Assembly (NCBI GenBank): GCA_963779755.1
Contig: CAVZZO010000003.1
Location: forward strand, 1,120,001 to 1,184,000
DNA from: an uncultured Gemmatimonadales bacterium
GTDB taxonomy: Bacteria > Gemmatimonadota > Gemmatimonadetes > Gemmatimonadales > GWC2-71-9
DNA: 64,000 nucleotides
Reading direction: 5' to 3'
The translations under genes and the position numbers were made by a program. The notes below the pieces were generated by a model. That model saw only the letters and a list, made by a program, of their open reading frames with translations. It searched no databases and was not told the origin of the DNA. Positions 9,975-18,680 of the stretch are shown piece by piece. How positions within the stretch are numbered: the first letter of the stretch is position 1; each line of letters begins with the position of its first letter.

Positions 9975-10915
9975 GTCACTTGCCCGGCGCGGCCCGGTCG
10001 CCCTTTTTCATCGTGGGCTTTCAGCGAAGCGGGACGACCCTGCTCCGGCTCATGCTGGACAGCCACCCGGAAGTCGCGATTCCGCTGGATACCACCGGCC
10101 TGTGGGACCGCTACGAACGGAAACTGCACGAGTACGGCAGCCTGGAAGACGGGGCGAACCGGCGGCGCCTTGTCGCCGACCTGCTGCAGGAAGAGCGGAT
10201 CCAGCTCTGGGAAGTGCCGCTCACCGAGGATGCCGTGCTGGCGGGATGGCAGCGGCCGGGCTACGCCGGCGCCGTCGACGCCTTCTACCGCTGCTATGCC
10301 GCGGCGAAAGGCAAACGCCTGTGGGGTGACAAGGACCCGGGCAACATGACCCGGCTCGACCAGCTCCATCGCTGGTTCCCGGAGAGCCGCGTTATCCACA
10401 TCATTCGCGACGGGCGAGATGCTTGCCTCTCCCTGCGGAAACAGTCGTTCGGGTCCGGAGACATTCTGGGCTGCGCTGCTTCCTGGCGTGAAGAGGTCAC
10501 CTGGGTGCGCCGGATGGGAGGCCTGCTGGGGGGCCGGTATTTCGAGCTGCGCTACGAGGATCTCCTGGCCGAGCCCGAGCGGGTCCTGCAGGACATCTGC
10601 GGTTTTCTCGCATTGCCGTTCGAAGCTTCCATGCTGGAATACCATCGCCGGATCGGCGATTCGATCCCTGATTCCAAGCGGCACATCTGGCCGTTGATTG
10701 ACCGGCCCCCGCAGAAGGAGAACACGGGAAAGTGGCGAAAGGAGATGAGCCATGGCCTGCGGGTCTGTTTCGAAAAGCGGGCGGGAGACTTACTGGAATC
10801 ACTGGGCTACGACGTGACGCCACGGCCCTGGTCGGGATATTATCGAGAGGAGCTCAGAAACTTCCTCGGGATTGGCTGGCGAGCCATCCGTAGCCGGCAC
10901 CGGACACCTGGTTGA
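9971..10915 (+). CDS. PAPS-dependent sulfotransferase
   Basis: 5'-PSB loop FIVGFQRSGTTLL, WGDKDP, IIRDGRDACLS (3'-PB), LRYEDLL; ATGA overlap with the wzx stop. Confidence 0.9.
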   Translation: MSHLPGAARSPFFIVGFQRSGTTLLRLMLDSHPEVAIPLDTTGLWDRYERKLHEYGSLEDGANRRRLVADLLQEERIQLWEVPLTEDAVLAGWQRPGYAGAVDAFYRCYAAAKGKRLWGDKDPGNMTRLDQLHRWFPESRVIHIIRDGRDACLSLRKQSFGSGDILGCAASWREEVTWVRRMGGLLGGRYFELRYEDLLAEPERVLQDICGFLALPFEASMLEYHRRIGDSIPDSKRHIWPLIDRPPQKENTGKWRKEMSHGLRVCFEKRAGDLLESLGYDVTPRPWSGYYREELRNFLGIGWRAIRSRHRTPG

Positions 10916-10944
10916 ACCCTTGACTACGTGCCGATAGTACCTCG

Positions 10945-12246
10945 ATGAATGTTGCTTTCCTGACCTATCATTCCCCGCCCGATCGGGCCGTAGGCGCAAT
11001 TCGGGCCGTGAATGTGGCTCGCGCCTTCCGGGATGCCGGCCATAAGGTGACGGTCATTACCTCCCTCCCTCCCGGAGAAACCGGGGGCCGTGAGGAGGTC
11101 GCCGATATCGAGATCGTTCGTGTTGCGCCCTGGCGGAACGTGAGAGAGGTGTATGCCGAATGGAAAACGCGGCGGCCCCAGGCGGTTTTCTCAGAGTCGA
11201 AGGCGTCGAAGTCAGAGAAATGGCGTGCCCCAACCCGGGTGGCCGCCTGGAAGCGGTTCCTTTTCTCCCTGATATGGCTGCCCGACGACCGGCAGGGATT
11301 CGTCCCGCCGGCGGTCCAGGCGCTGCGGCGGCTTGATCCGGTCCCGGATGTTATCCTCAGCAGCGGGCCGCCCTTCTCATGCCACCTCGCCGCCTTCATT
11401 GGCAGGAAGGTCATCCGCAGGCCCTGGATCATGGAGTTCCGCGACCCCTGGTCCGGCAATCCGCAGAAGCAGTGGTGGATACAGACCGGCCCCACCGAGG
11501 CCATGAACCGCTGGCTGGAGAGGATGTGTCTCAGGAATGCGGAGTTGGTGGTCAGCGTCTCGGAGGGGATCGATCGGCACCTGAGGCAGGTCGTACCAAC
11601 GCTCCCGGCCCGGAAGTTCCTGGTGGTACGCAACGGCATCAGCAGCCTTCAGGCTCCGGGTACCAGTGCATCCTCGCCCGGCACGTGCTTCAACCTGGTC
11701 CACCTCGGCACTATCAATTTTGACCGGGATCCCGGACCGGTCCTCCAGGCGATCCGCTCCATGGTTCAGTCAATGAAGCTGCGCCCGGGTCAATTGCGCC
11801 TTCGGTTCATCGGCGACACGGAGAGCACGGACACCCTGGAGGGGATTGACCGTCTTGGCATCGGCGACTACGTCGAGATCTCCGGGTGGGTACCATATGC
11901 CCGGGCGCAGGAAATCATGCTGGAAGCGGACGCCCTGCTCCTCCTGGCCCGGAATCAGCCCGCCCAGATACCCAACAAGCTGTATGATTACCTGGGCGCG
12001 CGGAAACCGATCCTGGCTCTGGCCGACCAGGACGGAGAGACCGCGCAAATGCTGCGCGCCGTCGGGGGACACCACGTGTTTGAAGATGCCGAAGGAGCAC
12101 AACGTGCGCTCGAATTCCTGATGACCCGGCGGGGCCAGACACCAGGGAGCGAATCAGCAGAGCAGCTGCTGCAGGGCTGGACAACTGCCGCCCAGATGAG
12201 GCTCTACATCCAGGCCGCCATGGAGGTAGCAAATGGGGTGGGATGA
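10945..12246 (+). CDS. Glycosyltransferase (GT4-like)
   Basis: MNVAFLTYHSPP..GAIRA, EFRDPW, IPNKLYDYL; paralogous to 4040-5479. Confidence 0.85.
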   Translation: MNVAFLTYHSPPDRAVGAIRAVNVARAFRDAGHKVTVITSLPPGETGGREEVADIEIVRVAPWRNVREVYAEWKTRRPQAVFSESKASKSEKWRAPTRVAAWKRFLFSLIWLPDDRQGFVPPAVQALRRLDPVPDVILSSGPPFSCHLAAFIGRKVIRRPWIMEFRDPWSGNPQKQWWIQTGPTEAMNRWLERMCLRNAELVVSVSEGIDRHLRQVVPTLPARKFLVVRNGISSLQAPGTSASSPGTCFNLVHLGTINFDRDPGPVLQAIRSMVQSMKLRPGQLRLRFIGDTESTDTLEGIDRLGIGDYVEISGWVPYARAQEIMLEADALLLLARNQPAQIPNKLYDYLGARKPILALADQDGETAQMLRAVGGHHVFEDAEGAQRALEFLMTRRGQTPGSESAEQLLQGWTTAAQMRLYIQAAMEVANGVG

Positions 12247-12955
12247 CCTGGTCGCCGCCGCACGCCAGGGCAGGGGGCCCCTGAAGCATGCTCGCCGGAT
12301 CAGGCACGGCATCCGCGGGTTCCACCTTCCGGTGGTCCAGCCGCTTGCCGCCCTGGCCTATGGCGGCACCCGGCTGACAAAGATGACCTGGAACCTGGGG
12401 CTGAAAATCTGTTATCGCGAGCCTATGCTGCGGTATCGCTGCGGCCGGGTGGGCCATCACCTGGCGCTGGAAGGGCCCATACCGCTGATCATCGGTAACG
12501 GCCGGATCGAAATCGGTAATGAAGTCCGGCTCGGGGCACCGATGACCTGGGATGTCGGGTTCGACGTCGGTGAGGCCGAGATCATCATCGGCGACCGGGC
12601 GCAGATCAATTATCGCAATATCATCAGCGCCGCCGGGAGTGTCCGGATCGGAGAGGACACGCTCATTGCCGGCGAGGTGGCGATCTTCGATAATCCCAGC
12701 CACCCCCTCGACCCCGAGGCTCGCCGAGCCGGCGGCCATTTCGCAGCTGAGGAAGTACGTCCGGTGGTGATCGGGAGAAACGTCTGGATCGGTCTCCGCG
12801 CCATCATATTGCGGGGAGTGACCATCGGAGACAATTCCGTGGTGGCCGCCGGGTCTGTGGTCACCAAGCCGGTGCCACCAAACACACTCGTGGCCGGCAA
12901 CCCCGCACGGCCCATACGAGAGCTGGGACCTGACTCACTGAGAGGCAGAGCGTGA
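12233..12955 (+). CDS. Hexapeptide-repeat (LbetaH) O-acyltransferase
   Basis: VVIGRNVWIG...GVTIGDNSVVAAGSVVTK...VAGNPAR. Confidence 0.9.
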   Translation: MGWDDLVAAARQGRGPLKHARRIRHGIRGFHLPVVQPLAALAYGGTRLTKMTWNLGLKICYREPMLRYRCGRVGHHLALEGPIPLIIGNGRIEIGNEVRLGAPMTWDVGFDVGEAEIIIGDRAQINYRNIISAAGSVRIGEDTLIAGEVAIFDNPSHPLDPEARRAGGHFAAEEVRPVVIGRNVWIGLRAIILRGVTIGDNSVVAAGSVVTKPVPPNTLVAGNPARPIRELGPDSLRGRA

Positions 12956-13557
12956 CGGCCTCCTCCGGAAATCGTGGTCAGTACCTGCTCAAGGCGCTCA
13001 GTCACCCGCGAACGGCATGGTCAGTTGGCCGCGCACTCGCGAAGGGCTGGTGGTGCCGATGCTGGTGCCGCATCCGGGGCGTCCGGCTGCAGGCAGGCAG
13101 GAATCTTCGTATCGAAGGAAGACTCATCATTCGAGGGCCCGGGATGGTGGTTATCGGTGATAACGTGAGGTTCGGGATGACCGTCACGCCGTGGACACAC
13201 CATCGCGACGCCATGATCACCATCGGTGATGATTCGTACATCAATGGTGCGAGCTTCGGTTGCCGGAAGAGCATCACCATCGGGCGGCGCGCCATTGTGG
13301 GACGCTCGTACATCATGGACACCGATTTTCACAGCGTTCACTCCGACCGGCACGACCCCTCGGCGAAGGTCCGGGTTGCCCCGATCGTCCTGGAGGAGAA
13401 CGTCTGGGTCGCGGCCAACGTCGGTATCCTGCCCGGAACGTACATCGGAATGAATTCGGTGGTCGGTTTCGGCTCCGTCTGCTCCGGAAGGTTCCCCCCC
13501 AACAAGGTTATCGCCGGGAATCCCGCCCGGGTGATGCGGGACATCGAAAGTGCATGA
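12952..13557 (+). CDS. Hexapeptide-repeat (LbetaH) O-acyltransferase
   Basis: DTDFH, IVLEENVWVA...IGMNSVVG...IAGNPAR. Confidence 0.9.
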   Translation: MTASSGNRGQYLLKALSHPRTAWSVGRALAKGWWCRCWCRIRGVRLQAGRNLRIEGRLIIRGPGMVVIGDNVRFGMTVTPWTHHRDAMITIGDDSYINGASFGCRKSITIGRRAIVGRSYIMDTDFHSVHSDRHDPSAKVRVAPIVLEENVWVAANVGILPGTYIGMNSVVGFGSVCSGRFPPNKVIAGNPARVMRDIESA

Positions 13558-13587
13558 TCTGGGGGCTTCCGCGGACACACCAGCTCC

Positions 13588-14697
13588 TCATCCGCCGCTA
13601 TATATCTCCTCGTAGCCCCTGACCATCTGCTTCAGACTGTAGCTGGTGATGACGCGGCGACGGGCTTCTGTCGCCTCGGTCTGCCGCCGTGCCGCATCGC
13701 CCAGCAGGTCCAGCCACGCCTGGGCCAGGAGATCGGGCCGTTCATTCGCCACCAGATTCTGACTGAGCCCATCCCCCAGAACAACCCTGTTCCCGCCGAC
13801 GTCGGTGACGACCGGAGGCAGCCCGGCGCTCATGGCCTCCAGCAGGCTCACCGAGGTTCCCTCGCTGCGGGAGGACATGGTAAAAAGCGTGAAGCTGGCA
13901 TGCAGGGCATGGATATCGTCGCGCCACCCGGGGAACCGGACCCATGGCGCAAGCCCCAAGTCCGCGATTCTGGCTTCCAGCCGGCTCCGTTCGGTCCCCT
14001 GTCCACCGACGACCAGAAAAGGCATCACGGCCCCACCCAGCTGGTCCCGAAGCATTCCGAACGCCTCGACCATGACATCATAGCCCTTGATGGCCTCCAG
14101 CCGACCGACACTACCGACGATCGCTGCACCTGCTGGAATGTTCAGTTCCCGGCGCACTGACCCATCGTCGGGCATGGGGCGGTAGAGATCCGTGTCCACC
14201 CCGTTGGGGACCAGGCGGAGCCGGCCCGGATCCGCGACCACACGACGGGCCATATGGTCCAGCAGCGGTTCCGATACCACCACCGTGACATCCGTGCGTC
14301 TGGAGGCCAGGCGTCCTACCATCCGGGCAAACCAGGGATCGGGCCACTGGCGACCGTGCTCGGTATGGATCACGCGCGGGACACCGGCCATCCACGCGGC
14401 CAGCGACACCTTGTACCACACCCCGCCATGGGAGTGCACCACGTCCGGGGCGATGCCCCGGATGGTGCGGCTCAGATGCCGCGGCCAGAGCAACGACCAT
14501 CTGGGCTGCGGACCGGCGTAATGAATGCCGGCATATCGCTCCAGCTCTTCCCCGAAACGCCCCAGGTAATCGATAATGAGGATGTGCGACTCGAATCGGG
14601 CCGGATCCAGCAGGCGGACGATATCCGCGAAGAGCCGCTCCATCCCTCCGTAATTGAGATTCTGGATGACGTGCAGCACCCGGACCCGCCCGGGCAT
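13588..14697 (-). CDS. Glycosyltransferase family 4
   Basis: VLHVIQNLNYGGMER, SSRSEGTSVSLLEAM, TDVGG. Confidence 0.9.
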   Translation of the reverse strand: MPGRVRVLHVIQNLNYGGMERLFADIVRLLDPARFESHILIIDYLGRFGEELERYAGIHYAGPQPRWSLLWPRHLSRTIRGIAPDVVHSHGGVWYKVSLAAWMAGVPRVIHTEHGRQWPDPWFARMVGRLASRRTDVTVVVSEPLLDHMARRVVADPGRLRLVPNGVDTDLYRPMPDDGSVRRELNIPAGAAIVGSVGRLEAIKGYDVMVEAFGMLRDQLGGAVMPFLVVGGQGTERSRLEARIADLGLAPWVRFPGWRDDIHALHASFTLFTMSSRSEGTSVSLLEAMSAGLPPVVTDVGGNRVVLGDGLSQNLVANERPDLLAQAWLDLLGDAARRQTEATEARRRVITSYSLKQMVRGYEEIYSGG

Positions 14698-15463
14698 CAG
14701 CCGGCCCCTCTGCGCCAGCCTGCCATCCGGTCCTGAGCCCGGTCCGCCCAATCCAGTAGCCGGCGTCCGGTACGAAGCAGTCCCAGCCGCACCGCTCCCA
14801 TCGGGACCCGCGACCCGAAGCTCATGGTCAGTCCGCGGTTGTGGAATCTCCCGGCCTTCAACTCCACCAGGGGATCCGGTGCCTTCGGATGCGTCAGGAC
14901 GACCCGGGTGCCGCGGTCGTTCCGGCTGTCGTGTTGATCCAGCCCGGCCACTCCCACCATCTCGGGCCGTTCGCGCTGCACCCGGTGCAGCAGCTCGATG
15001 GCTCGGGGATCCGGCAGATAGCGCAGGTTATAGGAGGCATTCCAGACCTCGATGGCATCAATGCCGCGCGCCACCTCCAGGGGCAGCAGGTAGTCCGCCA
15101 GCAGGGGGTGAGCCATGATGGTGAACCCCGCTGCTTCCCGGCAGGCGGCCACGAACTCCCCCGGTGTTTCCGGCGTTATCCACTTGCGCAGGCCCAGCGC
15201 CAGCAGGTGCAATCCGGGATAGCCGGCAAACCGGAACTCGAGTCCGGGAATGAGCCGCACCGATTCCGTCCGACAGCGCCGCGCATTCGGCGAGGTAGCG
15301 GCGGAAAGCGGGCTCATCCAGGTCCTCGGCATGATCGGTCAGACCCACGAAGGTGAGTCCTGCCTCCAGGGCAAACTCGCGCAGGCCGGCGAGCGTCATC
15401 CGCCCCGTCATGCGAGTAGTCGCTGTGCACGTGGACCACACCGGTGCCTGCCGGCGTCTTCAC
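14697..15463 (-). CDS. PHP-domain phosphoesterase (two apparent frameshifts near 15405 and 15265)
   Basis: Joining three frames gives VHVHSDYSHDG, LTDH, IPGLE, HLLALG, AHP, IEVWN and GLDQH motifs. Confidence 0.8.
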
Positions 15464-16647
15464 CTTCTGCTCAGCCAATTGGCACTCTCCCGGAGAAAGG
15501 GCCTGGGATCATTCCAGCGCAGGATCTCGGACCGGTCTCCCGGCCGCCACAGCTTGAGGAAATCCAGCGTGGCCCGGAGCCGGCCCGGAGCGTCCGGTGG
15601 CAATGAGAGTGCCGCGTCACTGTGGCGAAGTCGCGTCAGGAGCTGGTCTACATCTCCCCACCACCAGCGGCTGCGTATACCGGTCCGGTAGCTGGTGACC
15701 GGCGCGGGCTCCTCGCCCAGGGCGAGCGAGACCAACAGACCGGGAAAGTCCACCCCGGCATCTATGGCGAGCTGGAGGGAACCCCAGAACCGGCCGTTGA
15801 TCTCCATGAGGTAGGGCCGGGCCGAGGCGGCGTCCAGCTTGTATTCCACCATGGCGACACCCTGCCACCCGAAGCGCTCCAGGAGCGCTTTCGACTTTTC
15901 TACCAGCGCCGGATCGGCCGGGACGCTTTCGCGATAGACGCTGACGCCGCCGGAAGGGGGCTTCTCCCGCAGTCGCCGGTGGGCAAACTGGGCCATGATC
16001 TTCCCGTCCCACAGCAGCAGGAAGATGCCCATGCCCGGGCCCACGATCCGTTGCTGCAGCATGATGGGATAGGCCTCGAGGGGAAACTGGCCCATGCGGC
16101 GCCGCAGCTCCTCCAGGCCCTGGGCGTAAGATACCCCGGTCTTCAATCGTGCACCGGTGTTTCCCACCACCGAGCGGGCCGGCTTGAGCACCAGGGGAAA
16201 GATCAGCCCGGCTTCCACTTGAGGGGTCAGATCGGAGGGAGCCGCCAGGACCTGTTGGGCCGGCACACCGATCCCGATCTCCCGGGCCGCGGACAGGACC
16301 TCCTGCTTATCGGCCAGTCGGCGAAGATGGTCCAGGTCGTCGAAAGGAATATGGACGTCGGGGAAGGATCCGCGGTGCTCGAGGACGGCCAGCAGGGCCG
16401 CATCGGTCACTGGCAGCAGCACTTCAATGCCCCACCTGGGAATCAGGCGGGTCAGGGCTTCCACAAACCCGCCTGGATCCCGCAGGGGCGACGGGACCCG
16501 ATCCTCCCCGTTGGCATAACGCGATCCCCCCGCCAGAAGATACGAACCCGAGCCCACCACATAGCCACGATGCCCCCGGCGGCCCAGAGCACGCAGCACC
16601 GCAAGGGAGGATCGCTCCTCGCCGTCGGTTACCAGGACGTTCGTCAT
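15460..16647 (-). CDS. ATP-grasp domain ligase (EPS-associated)
   Basis: FPLVLKP, MLQQRIVG, AMVEYK, LMEINGRFWGS...AGVDFP. Confidence 0.85.
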   Translation of the reverse strand: MTNVLVTDGEERSSLAVLRALGRRGHRGYVVGSGSYLLAGGSRYANGEDRVPSPLRDPGGFVEALTRLIPRWGIEVLLPVTDAALLAVLEHRGSFPDVHIPFDDLDHLRRLADKQEVLSAAREIGIGVPAQQVLAAPSDLTPQVEAGLIFPLVLKPARSVVGNTGARLKTGVSYAQGLEELRRRMGQFPLEAYPIMLQQRIVGPGMGIFLLLWDGKIMAQFAHRRLREKPPSGGVSVYRESVPADPALVEKSKALLERFGWQGVAMVEYKLDAASARPYLMEINGRFWGSLQLAIDAGVDFPGLLVSLALGEEPAPVTSYRTGIRSRWWWGDVDQLLTRLRHSDAALSLPPDAPGRLRATLDFLKLWRPGDRSEILRWNDPRPFLRESANWLSRR

Positions 16648-16697
16648 CCTGCAGTTGCTTCCCCGCCGGGAGTCATCGAAGACTACCCGGAGTGGAA

Positions 16698-18197
16698 TCA
16701 GCCGGTGGGCCGCTGCCGCCGGACCACCGGCGGAGTGGGGAGATAAGACGGAGAAACGCGACGAGAGGCCCCGGGATGGACGGGCGCCGCCGGCGGTGGC
16801 GGTGCGGACGGCAATCCACTGGATTCCATCAGCTTCACCTCGACCGACACGAACAGGCCCGCGGTCAGGGCAGCCAGAACATAGATAAGATCCAGATATG
16901 CGAAGCTCACGAAGAACCCGGACACGGCGAAGCCGACGTAGGCAACCGGGAGGTACACGCTCGTGAAGTAGAGAAATCGCTCCTCAGGATCACCGCGTAC
17001 CCACCTGCCTGGCAGCTTCCGCCGTAACCGGATGACGGAGATCATGCTTCCGAAGACCAGGGTGCAGAAGATGAGGAATCCTGGAATCCCCAACTCGGCA
17101 AGGGCCTGCAGGAAGGAGTCGTGAGCGGCGGACCACTTGATGCCGGCAAGGCTGGGATCGTCCGCCTGTGCCGCCGCCCGGTCAGACAGCGTTCCTTCGG
17201 CCCGGGCAAAATTCTCGATGCCGATGCCGGTCACCGGGTTATGCAGCATGTACCCGATTCCCCGGTTGAAAACCGCCTTCCGCCCCGTCGGGGCCGTCCA
17301 ATTGTAATCTTCTTTCGGGGCGAGCAGGGTGCTCATCTGGTCCCAGTAGCCTGCCGGCGCCGCGATCAGCAGGCCGAGCCCCGTAACCGCAATGAACGCC
17401 AGGCGCTTGGGAAGTGCCACATTCTTGAGCAGGATCAACAGCGCCACAGCGACAGCCATCAGCCCCAGGAACGCACCGCGAGAACCGGTGCGGGCCAGGC
17501 TCACACCGGTACCGAAGATTATCAGCAGGCTGACGAGCCGCCCTTTCTTGCCGGAGACCTGGAAGGTGAGAAGAGCGATGACCAGGCCCACGAGGAGCAC
17601 CAGCCCCATGTCATTCGAGTCGTAGCTGTAGCCGTTCTGGATCCGGGCGAATCCATCGTTGACCACCCTCTGCACCCGGAAGACGAAGATGGAGAGATAC
17701 GCCAGGCATCCGGTGCTGATGGCAAAGGCCCAGACAAAGGTGTAGAGATCCCGCGCATTCCGGATGGCGGCGATCAGCAGAAACGCCAGCACCAGCGTCT
17801 TGGAGTATTCGTAGAGAATGAACTTGCCCGACCCTCCCATTGAAATACCAAAGGGCACCGAAAGGCAGGCCATGATGCCCATTGCGGCGATGGCCTTGGC
17901 GGGAAAGGTCCGGAAGATGCTCCCCGTCACCAAGTACCGCGGGTTCATGTAGGCGTAGGCGCCTGCCAGCATGGTGACCACCAGAGCCGGGCGGAATTTT
18001 ATCAGAAACGCGAAGTGCTGGTGGATCCGGCTCAGCGTCATGACGAGCAGGAAGAACAGCGCCATCCGCATCGGGTCCCGCTGGATCTTGAGGGCTCCTC
18101 TCAGTCCCGCGAGGGCACGATGGGGTACGGCTCTCCAGCCGGGCTGGGCTACCCTGCCGTCAGGTAGTAGTTGGGGAGGTGTTGCCGGGTTGGCCAT
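16698..18197 (-). CDS. O-antigen ligase / Wzy polymerase family membrane protein
   Basis: TGSRGAFLGL, PVTGIGIENF, AAHDSFLQALAELGIPG motifs. Confidence 0.85.
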   Translation of the reverse strand: MANPATPPQLLPDGRVAQPGWRAVPHRALAGLRGALKIQRDPMRMALFFLLVMTLSRIHQHFAFLIKFRPALVVTMLAGAYAYMNPRYLVTGSIFRTFPAKAIAAMGIMACLSVPFGISMGGSGKFILYEYSKTLVLAFLLIAAIRNARDLYTFVWAFAISTGCLAYLSIFVFRVQRVVNDGFARIQNGYSYDSNDMGLVLLVGLVIALLTFQVSGKKGRLVSLLIIFGTGVSLARTGSRGAFLGLMAVAVALLILLKNVALPKRLAFIAVTGLGLLIAAPAGYWDQMSTLLAPKEDYNWTAPTGRKAVFNRGIGYMLHNPVTGIGIENFARAEGTLSDRAAAQADDPSLAGIKWSAAHDSFLQALAELGIPGFLIFCTLVFGSMISVIRLRRKLPGRWVRGDPEERFLYFTSVYLPVAYVGFAVSGFFVSFAYLDLIYVLAALTAGLFVSVEVKLMESSGLPSAPPPPAAPVHPGASRRVSPSYLPTPPVVRRQRPTG

Positions 18198-18250
18198 CTT
18201 GCTCCAGAGGTCGTCTGCTCACTAGAGACTAGCGTGCCCTGGATAGGTTA

Positions 18251-18266
18251 CGCAAGAACAAGGCCC
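18251..18266 (-). promoter_or_regulatory. Putative sigma-54 promoter
   Basis: GGGCCTTGTTCTTGCG (GG-N10-GC), about 55 nt upstream of 18197. Confidence 0.45.
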
Positions 18267-18610
18267 ATCACTTCTTATGGGTGACCCGTGCCACAGTCAC
18301 CACGCCTCTCAATAGCCGGAGGAACGCCGCCGCACCAAGCAGCAAACCGCAAGTGACACGGGCATGAAGCCAATGCCGGTCATCCAACGCGCCCCTGGTT
18401 TCATCCTGGTGTTCAGGTTGCCGGCTCATCTTTGAATGTCGGTGCCTCGGCTCAGCGACTGGCGCACTCGAGGCCGATCGTTCTTGATAACGCGTTATAC
18501 CATAACATGTTAGGACTTTTTCACAGAGTCATCAGTCTTACCAGAAAACCACGTCGCTCTAAGCCATTCCGGCCTGAATTCATTGGGCGTGCAGGCTTGT
18601 GCACCAAAAC

Positions 18611-18626
18611 TGGCATGGCAAGTGCC
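18611..18626 (+). promoter_or_regulatory. Putative sigma-54 promoter
   Basis: TGGCATGGCAAGTGCC (GG-N10-GC), about 55 nt upstream of the ATG at 18681. Confidence 0.55.
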
Positions 18627-18680
18627 ACACTGAGGGCCCGGCCCCCTCATCAAAACATCAACATCCCAAGGCAAAGCGCG

